Shown here: positions 1 through 9,379 of the stretch, in pieces
How the letters are laid out: every line of letters begins with the position of its first letter
Numbering within the stretch: position 1 is the stretch's first letter
From: a virus
Strand: one strand, 5' to 3'
Length of the DNA stretch: 64,000 nt
IMG/VR virus record: IMGVR_UViG_3300025840_000011
Made by a program: the position numbers and the translations under genes
Notes under the pieces: model-generated
What the model saw: only the letters and a program-made list of their open reading frames with translations
What the model was told of the DNA's origin: nothing
The model's database searches: none

Positions 1-240
1 AAAGAGGGTAATGTAAGGTGCGACATCCTTCGGTTTGAGAACTACAACGATGATATCAAAGCCTATTTCAAGGTACTGTTCGATCCGGAACCTCGTAACG
101 TAACAGGACTCTTGACAGACCCCTATCAGTCCATGTATAATGATAAGACTATACAGGTAGTTGCGGACTGGTACAGGAAGGACATTGACTACTGGGGGTT
201 CGACTTTGATACAGGGGCGACTAAGAACTACTGGCGATGA
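1..240 (+). CDS. Sulfotransferase family 2-like protein, C-terminal part (5' truncated by window)
   Basis: Frame 1 is open to TGA at 238-240: ...CDILRFENYNDDI...YNDKTIQVVADWYRKDIDYWGFDF, resembling Sulfotransfer_2 C-termini; not in the ORF track. Confidence 0.6.
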   Translation, partial: KEGNVRCDILRFENYNDDIKAYFKVLFDPEPRNVTGLLTDPYQSMYNDKTIQVVADWYRKDIDYWGFDFDTGATKNYWR

Positions 241-1181
241 ACTTGGTAGAAAGAATACGTATGGCGAATGAGATAGAAAATGCAGAACCCACGGTTACCG
301 ATTTAGATGGTGACCGTCATATTAAAGCAGTCATCATCTCTCTGTTCCATAACGCAGCTGCGACACACGCAACTCGTAACCTCTTAAAGAGTATTGAGAT
401 AACGGGTTCGAAGATCAATCCGGTTGTGATGGATGCCACTACACCCACCACACTGGGTAAAGGAATGGGTGAGATTTATTACCTCAAGGGTAAACACCTT
501 CAGTGGACTTGGCCTGCAACACCAGAAACAAGTGGGTTGGATCTTGCAACCGGACTGTACAAGAAAGCGTATATCGCCAACGATCAGAACAAAGTCATTG
601 CATGTATGGTATCTCACATGAGAGCCTGGCAGTACTGTATTGACATGAACGAACCTGTTATGGTTCTGGAACAGGACGCCCTGTTTATTCGCAAGTTTGT
701 GTGGAAGGACATCTCAGATCCCGAACCACTTAGACTAACAACGGACTGGTTTGATAGGTGGAACGACACAAAGGAGATGATGGTCACAGGATGGGATATT
801 CCTAAAAGAAGACAGGTCATGGATGAGTGTTTGTCCAGAGAACCTATTGGTAGTTTTGCGGGAGGTATCCTTGGACTCAACAGTCCTATCGGTGCAACAC
901 GCAAGGCATCTGTTTTCCACAATGCGTTGTTTGGTAAGTATGGGTTCCATAAGGTTCCCTCTGTTGATCAGATCGGAGACGATCCTCTACCTCAAGGTCT
1001 TGCAGGAAACTCTGCATACATCATCAAACCTTGGGCCGCAAAGAAACTCCTAGATAAAGTGAATGAAATTGGAATGTGGCCTAACGATGCACTGATGTGC
1101 AAACAGTTCTTCCCTTGGATGCAAGTGATGTGGCCTTATTACACTGTAGTGCAGGGAGTGAAGTCTACTACAACAGGATAG
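237..1181 (+). CDS. Glycosyltransferase family 25-like
   Basis: ACMVSHMRAWQYC...VMVLEQDA and GNSAYII motifs of GT25. Confidence 0.75.
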   Translation: MNLVERIRMANEIENAEPTVTDLDGDRHIKAVIISLFHNAAATHATRNLLKSIEITGSKINPVVMDATTPTTLGKGMGEIYYLKGKHLQWTWPATPETSGLDLATGLYKKAYIANDQNKVIACMVSHMRAWQYCIDMNEPVMVLEQDALFIRKFVWKDISDPEPLRLTTDWFDRWNDTKEMMVTGWDIPKRRQVMDECLSREPIGSFAGGILGLNSPIGATRKASVFHNALFGKYGFHKVPSVDQIGDDPLPQGLAGNSAYIIKPWAAKKLLDKVNEIGMWPNDALMCKQFFPWMQVMWPYYTVVQGVKSTTTG

Positions 1182-1183
1182 TT

Positions 1184-1837
1184 ATGAAGAGTTTTGTTAT
1201 CACTATTATGGACAATCCTAAGTCCGTCGAGTCCGCAGATCGATGTATCGCAAGTGCAAAAAAGATCGGGTTACAGGTCGAGAAGTTCAAGGCGATTACT
1301 CCAAACGATAGTCCCTTCTCAATCGCAAAGAGTGAGGGTATAGACCCTGATGGTTTCTCTGAGGTTTATTCTCGACACGCAAACTGTCTGTCTGCGTTCC
1401 TGTCACACTATTCTCTGTGGAAGAAGTGTTTACTTGAAATCGGTCAACCTATAGTCATCTTTGAACATGATGCAGTTGTGATCAATGAGTTACCCGCATC
1501 TAATATTTTTAAGGGGGCAGTAAATCTGGGTGCACCTAGTTACGGTAAATTCAATCAACCCTCTTTCTTTGGTATGGGTCCACTCACAACTAAGAGATAT
1601 TTTCCCGGCGCCCATGCGTATATGGTAAACCCTAAAGGTGCGGAAGCGTTCATAAGAACCGCAAAAATATCTCCAAAACCCACCGATGTTTACCTAAATA
1701 TAGATACATTCCCTTGGTTGCAAGAACATTACCCCTTCGTCGCAAAAGCAGATGATAGTTTCACAACCATACAAAAAGAAGAGGGATGTCTCGCAAAACA
1801 CAACTATGGTGAAGGATATGTCATCGAGAATTTATAG
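1184..1837 (+). CDS. Glycosyltransferase family 25-like
   Basis: MKSFVITI start, AFLSHYSLWKKC, IVIFEHDA, GAHAYMV, PTDV. Confidence 0.8.
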   Translation: MKSFVITIMDNPKSVESADRCIASAKKIGLQVEKFKAITPNDSPFSIAKSEGIDPDGFSEVYSRHANCLSAFLSHYSLWKKCLLEIGQPIVIFEHDAVVINELPASNIFKGAVNLGAPSYGKFNQPSFFGMGPLTTKRYFPGAHAYMVNPKGAEAFIRTAKISPKPTDVYLNIDTFPWLQEHYPFVAKADDSFTTIQKEEGCLAKHNYGEGYVIENL

Positions 1838-2579
1838 AAAAGTCACGTTCGGTACACCACCGGCAGAACCACCTTATAGGTTACCGGACGATTTTCCGGA
1901 AGCGAACCTAATGCCTCGTTCTCTTTGGTTAGAGAACAGAGAATCGAACATCCAAGTGACTACCGAAGGTGGTCAAATATTAACCTTTATCTGGAACCCC
2001 AATACTGGGATGGATAGAATCAAATCTTGGTTGTTCGAACACATTAGAAAATTTCGAATTGAAGATTTCTCCACAACCGATACCATGTATCAAACGCAAT
2101 CGGAGTTCGCCGCCACGTTGACGGATAACAATGTGTTGGATGGTCTGGGTACAACAATCACGGTAGTCAGAGACCCCTACACTAGGATACGTGAACAATA
2201 CGAACAGTGGCACAGAGGTAACGCAACGTCCACAGATCCGGATAGAAAACGTTTTGCAAATCACAGTTTTAACAGATTCATCGAAACTGAGATCCCTTGG
2301 AGACACGGCCGGTTCTTAGAACAAAAGAGATTTGTCGAACCCGCTGACATTGTGTTGAAGTATGAGGATCTAGAAGAAGAGTTTATGTCTAAGGTTGTTG
2401 TGCCTTACTTCGATACCTCGTTCGGGGGACTAAGAACCCTACCGAAGGTTGACCTACGGGGCGCACTAGACGATAAGAGTTTTTTGTTAGAGTGCAGTGA
2501 CATGACCATCTCATATATAAACCAGTACGATGAGTATGTGTTCAATGGAGATTATGGGTATAACACACATGTTGGATAA
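1818..2579 (+). CDS. Sulfotransferase family 2-like protein
   Basis: TVVRDPYTR (3'-PSB-like), DIVLKYEDLEEEF; RBS gaagga before ATG 1818; 5'-PSB motif looks degenerate. Confidence 0.55.
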   Translation: MSSRIYRKVTFGTPPAEPPYRLPDDFPEANLMPRSLWLENRESNIQVTTEGGQILTFIWNPNTGMDRIKSWLFEHIRKFRIEDFSTTDTMYQTQSEFAATLTDNNVLDGLGTTITVVRDPYTRIREQYEQWHRGNATSTDPDRKRFANHSFNRFIETEIPWRHGRFLEQKRFVEPADIVLKYEDLEEEFMSKVVVPYFDTSFGGLRTLPKVDLRGALDDKSFLLECSDMTISYINQYDEYVFNGDYGYNTHVG

Positions 2580-3231
2580 GACTTTCCTTACGGGTTGTGA
2601 CGAAGTGACCGAATGGCAGTTGCCTTGGTTCATCCGCAACTATTTTGAAAATAATGACACGCACCTGTTTGTGTGTGACTTTGGTATGAGTGAAGACATG
2701 GCGGACTTCGTTGACAAACTCGAAGAGAATGTCACTCGTTATGAAATCAAGACAGAGGCGGTGGGGTGGTTCAAGAAACCTCGCGCCATGTTGGATATTT
2801 CCTTCCAGTCAAAGAAGTCTTGTTGGCTTGATACGGACTGTGAGATATTCGATAACATCGACAGTATCTTCGAACACACTGTTCCTTTCAAAATAAGTAT
2901 GTGTGAAGACAGACCGTGGACTCGAAGACGGGGTGAACATGGAATGTGGTACAACTCTGGAGTAGTCGTATTCGAAGGAACACCCAACATCCTACGTGCA
3001 TGGGCGTCTGAGTGCATCAACAAACCTATACAGGGAGATCAAGAAACTCTCTATGCAATGTTCGCTGGTGACGATATTGCAAAGATGGCAGTCATAGAAC
3101 CGTTACCGCATAAATACAATACACTACGGTTAGACTACATAGATAATATCGCAGTAAAGAACCCTCTGATTGTACACCACACTGGTAAGAAGGGTAAGGA
3201 CTTGATCAGGGAGATCATGCAGAATGTTTAG
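2569..3231 (+). CDS. GT-A fold glycosyltransferase (GT8-like)
   Basis: WFKKP, WLDTD (DxD), YNSGVV, GDQETL, HHTG. Confidence 0.7.
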   Translation: MLDKTFLTGCDEVTEWQLPWFIRNYFENNDTHLFVCDFGMSEDMADFVDKLEENVTRYEIKTEAVGWFKKPRAMLDISFQSKKSCWLDTDCEIFDNIDSIFEHTVPFKISMCEDRPWTRRRGEHGMWYNSGVVVFEGTPNILRAWASECINKPIQGDQETLYAMFAGDDIAKMAVIEPLPHKYNTLRLDYIDNIAVKNPLIVHHTGKKGKDLIREIMQNV

Positions 3232-3628
3232 TAAAATTTTACTTGGAGTTGTTCTCGCAATGGGCGCTGGTGGTTACATCTACTACAATACCACCGAAAC
3301 CAAGATTAACACCTTGGAGGCAAGAGCGATAACTCAGGCGAATGAAATCAACGCACTAAAGATTGCACAACAAGAACAGGTCAACACCATCGAGGCGTTA
3401 CAGGTTAACCTAGAAAGACAGACAACCGCACTCAATGATATGACCCAACGTAACAACGAGATCGAACAGGAAAAACAGAGATATCTCGACATCTTTGCAC
3501 GTCATGACCTTGCAAGACTTGCAGCTGCCAAACCAGGCCTAATTCAAACACGTATTAATAGGGGAACAAAAGATGTCTTTGACACCATTGAAGCTGAGTC
3601 TGCTTTTATTGACAACCTTGATAACTAG
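3224..3628 (+). CDS. Inner-membrane spanin (i-spanin, Rz-like)
   Basis: N-terminal TM helix then coiled coil, AKPGLI motif; overlaps the downstream lipoprotein gene. Confidence 0.7.
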   Translation: MFSKILLGVVLAMGAGGYIYYNTTETKINTLEARAITQANEINALKIAQQEQVNTIEALQVNLERQTTALNDMTQRNNEIEQEKQRYLDIFARHDLARLAAAKPGLIQTRINRGTKDVFDTIEAESAFIDNLDN

Positions 3629-4007
3629 TGGTTGTGCGAGTTTTCTTGGGGGACCGAAGATTCCCGCCCCCGCCCCTGTAGAGATTCGTACCGTTGAGGT
3701 ACAGATTCCTATCGTTCACCCCACTATGCCCCGTGCGATTGATCTGAAGGATCCGCAGTGGTATGTGGTGTCTGATGAAAACCTAGACACATTCCTAGAT
3801 GAGATTAGGGATATGAATAATGGTGGTGTTGTATTCGTTGCCATGTCAGTAGGTGATTACGAACTCATGTCTTACAACATGCAAGAGATTCGTAGATATG
3901 TTAATCAGTTGAAAGAGGTTGTGGTATACTACCGAACCGTCAACACCAAAGAAGATAAGGAAGAAGAAGATGGTGTCGAAGAGAACAGTGATTCTGGAAA
4001 GTCTTAG
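3573..4007 (+). CDS. Outer-membrane spanin lipoprotein (o-spanin, Rz1-like)
   Basis: Signal peptide with lipobox LITSGC and a Pro-rich segment; paired with the upstream coiled-coil TM gene. Confidence 0.7.
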   Translation: MSLTPLKLSLLLLTTLITSGCASFLGGPKIPAPAPVEIRTVEVQIPIVHPTMPRAIDLKDPQWYVVSDENLDTFLDEIRDMNNGGVVFVAMSVGDYELMSYNMQEIRRYVNQLKEVVVYYRTVNTKEDKEEEDGVEENSDSGKS

Positions 4008-4182
4008 GGTACACGCCGAAGGACAGATTGCGTTACACAAGGCGAACGTTGAAATTTATCTAGATAACCCTGCGGGTATCGGAGAACATTCGGATGTTAT
4101 GCAAGCGATTGAGTCTGAACTCCACAAGATTGCAGAGTGGGAAGACCAGTTGTTTGTCCTAGAAAAATATTTCGGAGAGTGA
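3970..4182 (+). CDS. Conserved hypothetical T4-like phage protein
   Basis: HKANVEIYLDNPAGIGEHSD motif familiar from marine T4-like phages. Confidence 0.65.
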   Translation: MVSKRTVILESLRVHAEGQIALHKANVEIYLDNPAGIGEHSDVMQAIESELHKIAEWEDQLFVLEKYFGE

Positions 4183-4183
4183 T

Positions 4184-4666
4184 GTGTACGAGTATCGAGC
4201 AAGACTAAAGAGGGTTGTTGATGGAGACACCGTGGATGTCGATATTGATTTGGGCTTTGGGATTTGGCTTCATAACGAGCGTGTTCGTATTATGGGAATT
4301 GATACACCAGAATCCCGAACTAGAGACAAGGTTGAAAAACTTTTCGGCCTCGCTGCAAAGAAAAGAGTAAAAGAACTACTTGGGAAGAACCCCAAGTTGA
4401 AGACTATCGCCGCAAAAGACGGTGAGGATATGAAAGGTAAGTATGGTCGAATTCTTGGGGACTTCGAGGTCTACTACGGACCCCAAGATCGTTGGATGCG
4501 ACTGACCGAAGTCCTAGTACTAGAGGGACACGCCTGCGCCTATAATGGTGGTAGTAAGGAACAAATTAGAATCCGACATCTAGAAAACCGACAAAAACTT
4601 CTTGACGAAGGTGTGGTTAATAGAGTACAATACGACAAGTTAAATCCCAACAAATTAAGGATGTAA
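4184..4666 (+). CDS. Thermonuclease (SNase-like) family nuclease
   Basis: RVVDGDTVDVDIDLGF, RIMGIDTPES, KYGRILG. Confidence 0.85.
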   Translation: MYEYRARLKRVVDGDTVDVDIDLGFGIWLHNERVRIMGIDTPESRTRDKVEKLFGLAAKKRVKELLGKNPKLKTIAAKDGEDMKGKYGRILGDFEVYYGPQDRWMRLTEVLVLEGHACAYNGGSKEQIRIRHLENRQKLLDEGVVNRVQYDKLNPNKLRM

Positions 4667-4667
4667 T

Positions 4668-5297
4668 ATGCGAGTTAACGTATTGGGGAATGGTGATTCC
4701 GCCTTTATGTTCAAACGTGGGACTGCCGGTAAACTGTTGATCTGCAACATGCCACCCTTCGAAATTCCACGTAATGAGGTTTATGCGACATGCATGGTAG
4801 ACTTCAAGATGATGAAGGCCCTACAGGATGGTCAGATTCGTCTTGACATGTATGACTGGGTACTGGGTGCGAGACCAAGAAAGTGGATGGAGATGCAACC
4901 ATCTTTCTATCTCAAGTACTCGCAGAACATTAAGGGGTTTCATCAAAACATTCCCCGATACGCACAACTGCCTGGCCAGAGTGAAGGACAGGCGGCAACG
5001 AACTACTCGTGTGGACACATGGCTGTGGACTATGCGTGTAGAGCATTGAAAGCCGATGAAGTTCACATATACGGATTCGACTCAATGTTTGATTTAAATC
5101 TACGGTCCTCTACGGACCTCATACTTGAGAGTGACCGGAGTGTTGGAAATACTCACAGACTCGCCAGTAATTGGAGACCAATCTTTACGAAGATTTTTCA
5201 AGAGTTCAAGGGTACGAATTTTTACTTACATAACACTCACAAGAATATTAAAATCGCTATCCCTGATAACGTAACCATAACCACAGAGGAAAACTAA
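4668..5297 (+). CDS. Putative sialyltransferase-like/MAF-like GT fold protein
   Basis: VNVLGNGDS, SCGHMAVDYA, VHIYGFD resemble GT29/GT42/DUF115-type motifs. Confidence 0.45.
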   Translation: MRVNVLGNGDSAFMFKRGTAGKLLICNMPPFEIPRNEVYATCMVDFKMMKALQDGQIRLDMYDWVLGARPRKWMEMQPSFYLKYSQNIKGFHQNIPRYAQLPGQSEGQAATNYSCGHMAVDYACRALKADEVHIYGFDSMFDLNLRSSTDLILESDRSVGNTHRLASNWRPIFTKIFQEFKGTNFYLHNTHKNIKIAIPDNVTITTEEN

Positions 5298-5298
5298 A

Positions 5299-5442
5299 AT
5301 GGAAACTCTTAACAAAGCCTTCAACTGGACTTGGGACTATGTAAAAGGTACTGTCGCTGACTTCAGAGAAGTTGTGACCAATTACCCGAATGTCCTAATT
5401 TGGACTGGTGTAATTGTTCTGTTAGTAACTTGGATTGTATAA
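5299..5442 (+). CDS. Small membrane protein (47 aa)
   Basis: METLNKAFNWTWDYVKGTVADFREVVTNYPNVLIWTGVIVLLVTWIV; RBS gagga; C-terminal TM helix; below ORF-track cutoff. Confidence 0.6.
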   Translation: METLNKAFNWTWDYVKGTVADFREVVTNYPNVLIWTGVIVLLVTWIV

Positions 5443-5445
5443 ATA
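5438..5445 (+). promoter_or_regulatory. T4-type late promoter TATAAATA
   Basis: Exact consensus about 30 nt before ATG 5475. Confidence 0.7.
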
Positions 5446-5474
5446 TAAGTAAACTAACATAGGTTCCCCCTGCC

Positions 5475-6347
5475 ATGCAGAAATTCAAAGCACATATGGA
5501 TGAGACAACTTTTCTTTTCGAGGAGGCGGAATCGCTCCTTGAAAAGTTGATCACTTTTGGTGGAGAAGCGTATCCTCGTTTTGGAAACATTGTCTTCATG
5601 GCGGGGGGAGCGGGTTCCGGTAAAGGATTCGTTCTCTCTAACCTCGTAGGTATCGAAGGGAAGACTCTGGATGTCGATGAACTTAAAACTCTCGCGTCCA
5701 GAGCCCCTAGCATTCGTGCAAGAGTTCAGAAAGAACTTGGTGTTGATCTTGCTGACCTTGCAGCGAACCTAAAGAATCCTGAGAACGTATCGAAACTTCA
5801 CGATATCATGGGTGACTATTTGGATCTGGACAACCGGAAACAGAAGGCACTCTTTCGTGGAGTTTTGTTACAACCCAAAGACAAGAAACCCAACATCATC
5901 TTTGATACCACACTCAAAGACCTACCCAAACTGGAAAGACTCACCCGTCAGGCCGCAAGTCTTGGATACGATAAGGAGAACATCCATATCGTCTGGGTTG
6001 TCAACGACATCGAAGTTGCAAAATCTCAAAACCAGGCACGTTCACGTCGAGTCCCATCTGAGATCCTAGTCAACACTCACCGTGGTGCCGCCAATACAAT
6101 GGGTGACATCATCAACATGGGTAAAAAGTTGAAGAGGTACATGGACGGAGATATCGTCTTTGCGTTCAACAAGGTTGGGGTGGATGCGAACCTCGCAAAG
6201 TCTGGAAGGGGTGGATCCTACGTCAAGGACGCAAATTACTTCTACGTCAAGAAGAAGGGTCAACCACCCACGTCAGTTGCGGATCTGGATAAAGAGATTC
6301 GTCGTAAGATTAAAGACTACGTACCCGCAGGCGTAGACTGGAATTAA
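5475..6347 (+). CDS. P-loop kinase (zeta-toxin/AAA_33-like)
   Basis: MAGGAGSGKG Walker A, IIFDTT, NQARSRRVP lid. Confidence 0.7.
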   Translation: MQKFKAHMDETTFLFEEAESLLEKLITFGGEAYPRFGNIVFMAGGAGSGKGFVLSNLVGIEGKTLDVDELKTLASRAPSIRARVQKELGVDLADLAANLKNPENVSKLHDIMGDYLDLDNRKQKALFRGVLLQPKDKKPNIIFDTTLKDLPKLERLTRQAASLGYDKENIHIVWVVNDIEVAKSQNQARSRRVPSEILVNTHRGAANTMGDIINMGKKLKRYMDGDIVFAFNKVGVDANLAKSGRGGSYVKDANYFYVKKKGQPPTSVADLDKEIRRKIKDYVPAGVDWN

Positions 6348-7213
6348 TACGCTGTGATGGTTCTACGGAACCCATCATAATGCACGGGTCTTCCCATCAA
6401 CATTGTTCTATCCGTCTCTGCTCTTGCGGAGAAAGACTTCTGGATCTGAGGTTCTAGGTCCAGTTGATTGTGGCGGTCAGAATATCTCAATGGATCGTGT
6501 CCCTGATATGAGATGTCCATGATCTCAAAGTTGGGTTGACAGTAAGGCGCCCACTCTTCTTTGATATCATTACTGGTAAAACTAGTATCTGCATATTTCT
6601 TAGGCACACCCGCAAACACCACCGCATCATACAACAGTTCACCTTCACCCAAAGGTTCTTGTAGAACCGTAGACTCACTACCATACTTGTACTGTTTGTT
6701 TGCGGGAGTTGTCTGTACACCTGTTGCATCATACATGTACTTAACCACACCCCTGTTACGTTCAGCGGGTGGTAACAAGACAGTCATGTCGAACCCGTAG
6801 TCGTAGAATTTTTGGAAGACCGGAATCATCTGGTAACTCAATTCCATTGGGGCAGCGTGACTTTGATTGCGAACTTCGATAGGAATCTGATCGTGTTTCG
6901 CAACCTCTTCCATAGATGCAACCCACTCGTTGGTTTCGTTTTCGTTGTAGTAACCCACGAACAGAACGTTCCTGTATCCACGTCCGGCGATGATGTTGCA
7001 CACCAATGGAATTCTAGTCATGATAGACGGTGTGGGATCTACGTTATTCTTTCGAACAACCAGATTGCGGTTTACCCCATTTCTATACGTGGCGAACGCT
7101 TCGTCCATGAGTAAACGTAGTTCGTTTCTCGTTTGTCTGTGGACCGTCTTACCCTGATAGAGTTCATTCTCACGGGTAGTCACGATGACTTCATTGATGT
7201 CTTGATAGTTCAT
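6344..7213 (-). CDS. Hypothetical protein
   Basis: 289-aa ORF, co-oriented with the upstream minus-strand gene. Confidence 0.7.
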   Translation of the reverse strand: MNYQDINEVIVTTRENELYQGKTVHRQTRNELRLLMDEAFATYRNGVNRNLVVRKNNVDPTPSIMTRIPLVCNIIAGRGYRNVLFVGYYNENETNEWVASMEEVAKHDQIPIEVRNQSHAAPMELSYQMIPVFQKFYDYGFDMTVLLPPAERNRGVVKYMYDATGVQTTPANKQYKYGSESTVLQEPLGEGELLYDAVVFAGVPKKYADTSFTSNDIKEEWAPYCQPNFEIMDISYQGHDPLRYSDRHNQLDLEPQIQKSFSARAETDRTMLMGRPVHYDGFRRTITAY

Positions 7214-7217
7214 TTAG

Positions 7218-7481
7218 TTAACCCTTGTAGATACCTTGGATGTAGTCTTCGAACTGTTCTATCTTATCTAGTCTGTTCGGCCACAATATATATTCCTTCT
7301 CAGGGTTCTGTTTCAGATTGTTCAGTAGCGGTTGAATTGCATTGAACAACTTGTCTAGTTTCTCCTGAGTGGAGATGACCGCAGTTGTATTCAACTGATT
7401 GGTCTGTTGTGCCTGTTGCACAACTTCGAGTTCATCCTCATTTGCGAATGTGAACCCAAAATCGAATAACTCTTCACTCAT
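7218..7481 (-). CDS. Conserved hypothetical T4-like protein
   Basis: MSEELFDFGFT...PLLNNLKQNPEKEYILWPNR; start inferred at 7481. Confidence 0.7.
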   Translation of the reverse strand: MSEELFDFGFTFANEDELEVVQQAQQTNQLNTTAVISTQEKLDKLFNAIQPLLNNLKQNPEKEYILWPNRLDKIEQFEDYIQGIYKG

Positions 7482-7513
7482 ATTTATACCTTTTCCTAAT
7501 GGCGCTTTTCTTA

Positions 7514-7521
7514 TATTTATA
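7514..7521 (-). promoter_or_regulatory. T4-type late promoter (minus strand)
   Basis: tatttata on + strand, 33 nt upstream of ATG 7481. Confidence 0.65.
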
Positions 7522-7533
7522 TGAAAAAAAGAC

Positions 7534-7562
7534 TTGACAATTCCTGCGGGGTGTTGTATTAT
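7534..7562 (+). promoter_or_regulatory. Sigma70-type early promoter
   Basis: TTGACA-17 nt-TATTAT with upstream A-tract. Confidence 0.75.
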
Positions 7563-7595
7563 AAACAAGTAATTGAGAGAAAAGTGAGGTTTGAA

Positions 7596-7775
7596 ATGAT
7601 TCTGATTCCTAACATTAATGAGTTCGAAGGTATGATTCCGGTTGGATATAACTTGGTTGTCTACGAGGCAAAAGAAGATCCTATGGATGGATTTGTCCTG
7701 TACGGTTTTGATGAGATTGGTCTCTATGACAACAATTTCAAGGTTCCTGCTTACGCTATGGTGGAGTTTCAATAA
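7596..7775 (+). CDS. Hypothetical early protein
   Basis: RBS gtgagg; follows the promoter. Confidence 0.6.
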   Translation: MILIPNINEFEGMIPVGYNLVVYEAKEDPMDGFVLYGFDEIGLYDNNFKVPAYAMVEFQ

Positions 7776-8071
7776 TGATTAAAATGTTTAAGGAAAATTT
7801 TGATAGAGGTGCGGAGAAGGGTAACTTCGCCATCAAATTCGAAAACGGATTCACCGTATCCCTTGCGATGGGTGATGGTATGTACTCTACGGGTACTTTC
7901 TCCGGAGGGTTCGCTTCGGTGGAAGTGGCCGCATGGGACGCAAATGGTGATTGGGTTCCATTGGTTGAAGGTGAGAATGTCGAGGGTTGGGTCAGTCCCA
8001 ATGGTGTCCTTGAGATCATGAATCGGGTTGCAGCGATGCAACCCATTGATTCGCAAGGAAAAGAAAATTAA
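7775..8071 (+). CDS. Hypothetical early protein
   Basis: FENGFTVS...EVA...VEGWVSP motif; coupled to the upstream stop. Confidence 0.65.
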   Translation: MIKMFKENFDRGAEKGNFAIKFENGFTVSLAMGDGMYSTGTFSGGFASVEVAAWDANGDWVPLVEGENVEGWVSPNGVLEIMNRVAAMQPIDSQGKEN

Positions 8072-8090
8072 CTTTTTTTCAAAAAAAGTG

Positions 8091-8119
8091 TTGACATTTC
8101 TTGCAGAGGACTGTATAGT
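8091..8119 (+). promoter_or_regulatory. Sigma70-type early promoter
   Basis: TTGACA-17 nt-TATAGT with upstream T/A tracts. Confidence 0.75.
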
Positions 8120-8152
8120 ATACAGGTAAGATTGAGAAAGAGAGAGATTCCT

Positions 8153-8395
8153 ATGTTCCGTATTCCCCATTTCCACCAGATCGAAGAGATGTCGTTTGAC
8201 GAAGCTGTTCAGATCATGAAGTCCCGTGCCAAGGGTGACCTCCTTGCGGGTCTCCAGTCGATGGACGTTCTCTGGAGCGACTACGTTGCCCTGCCCGGCG
8301 ATGAGCAGGACGATGATGAGTTCTTCTCCAACTGGTGTTACGAAGTCAACGCCTACAACGTGGTCGTTGAAAACATGCGCCCCCTGTTCGCTTAA
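8153..8395 (+). CDS. Hypothetical early protein
   Basis: ORF after promoter and purine-rich leader. Confidence 0.65.
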   Translation: MFRIPHFHQIEEMSFDEAVQIMKSRAKGDLLAGLQSMDVLWSDYVALPGDEQDDDEFFSNWCYEVNAYNVVVENMRPLFA

Positions 8396-8407
8396 GGAGA
8401 TTTGATT

Positions 8408-8710
8408 ATGCAAGTTGCAGTTATTCACACCGCATTCGAGGATACGCCTCGGACAGTTGCACTGGTTGAGGTTGGTGACCTAGAGGGTACAGAAGCCCTT
8501 GAGTATGCATATCGTTGGACTAACAACGTTATGGGTTCTTGGAGTCGGACTGACATCGAAGACAATGGTGATTTCAATCCCAACGTTACTGTTATGGCTC
8601 CTCTACACGAAGGTGGTATGGGTCTTCGGTCTACATCTATGGGTGACCAGATGCTTCTTGGTAACAAGAAGTTCAAGGTCGCTGCGATTGGTTTTGAGGA
8701 GATTGCGTAA
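8408..8710 (+). CDS. Hypothetical early protein
   Basis: RBS aaggag; LRSTSMGD motif. Confidence 0.65.
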   Translation: MQVAVIHTAFEDTPRTVALVEVGDLEGTEALEYAYRWTNNVMGSWSRTDIEDNGDFNPNVTVMAPLHEGGMGLRSTSMGDQMLLGNKKFKVAAIGFEEIA

Positions 8711-8904
8711 TGCGAGTTATTGATACTAGTGGTCCTGATGGGAATGCGTTCGTTTTGATGGGTTATGCAAAAAGGTTTGGTAGACAACTTGGTTGGAGTC
8801 GGGAAAAGATCGACACCCTCATCAAAGAGATGATGTCCGGTGATTACGATAACCTGACTGCAACATTCGAAGAGGCCTTCGAGGGTATCGTCGAACTAGT
8901 ATGA
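8710..8904 (+). CDS. Conserved hypothetical phage protein
   Basis: GPDGNAFVLMG...EMMSGDYDNL motif. Confidence 0.65.
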   Translation: MRVIDTSGPDGNAFVLMGYAKRFGRQLGWSREKIDTLIKEMMSGDYDNLTATFEEAFEGIVELV

Positions 8905-9323
8905 CCATGCATTTGATGGGTCATGCGTACTCAACCCTAAATACACGTAAGAAGAAACGCAAGATCACCAAGGCGAAACTCGCACGGTGGGAGACGGAAC
9001 TTCGAGAGTACAACAAGTTGATGAAACGTTGTGGTAGTCCTAAGTTGACTCTGGAACAGTACATCGACAAGGTGCACGGTAAGGTTGAGACCAAGCGAGA
9101 GTTTGTCCCTATGGAACGCAAGGAGAGTCTCTTCCAGAGACAATCGCGGGAACATAGGGAGAAGTACCCTAGTCACGATACCATGTCTGGTTCGACGCCT
9201 AAGAAAGAACCACAACGGTATACAGGGACTCTGGTGAAGGGTATCGCAACCATGCACAAGTCCAATGCGGTTCCGGTCATAGACTCGAAACAGGCCACAG
9301 AAATCTCCAAGATGGGGAAATGA
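8901..9323 (+). CDS. Conserved hypothetical T4-like protein
   Basis: C-terminal YTGTLVKGIATMHKSNAVPV motif. Confidence 0.7.
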   Translation: MTMHLMGHAYSTLNTRKKKRKITKAKLARWETELREYNKLMKRCGSPKLTLEQYIDKVHGKVETKREFVPMERKESLFQRQSREHREKYPSHDTMSGSTPKKEPQRYTGTLVKGIATMHKSNAVPVIDSKQATEISKMGK

Positions 9324-9348
9324 TGGGGTTGTCACCTAATAGACACGC

Positions 9349-9379
9349 GAGGGACCACGGTAAGTCCCTCAACTTTTTT
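9349..9379 (+). terminator. Probable intrinsic terminator
   Basis: GAGGGAC-8 nt loop-GTCCCTC then aactttttt. Confidence 0.55.

Noticed and set aside
7756-8428. Long minus-strand ORFs (e.g. 7769-8428, also 13700-14398 and 53668-54249)
   Set aside because: Antisense shadows of well-supported plus-strand genes, lacking RBS or motifs
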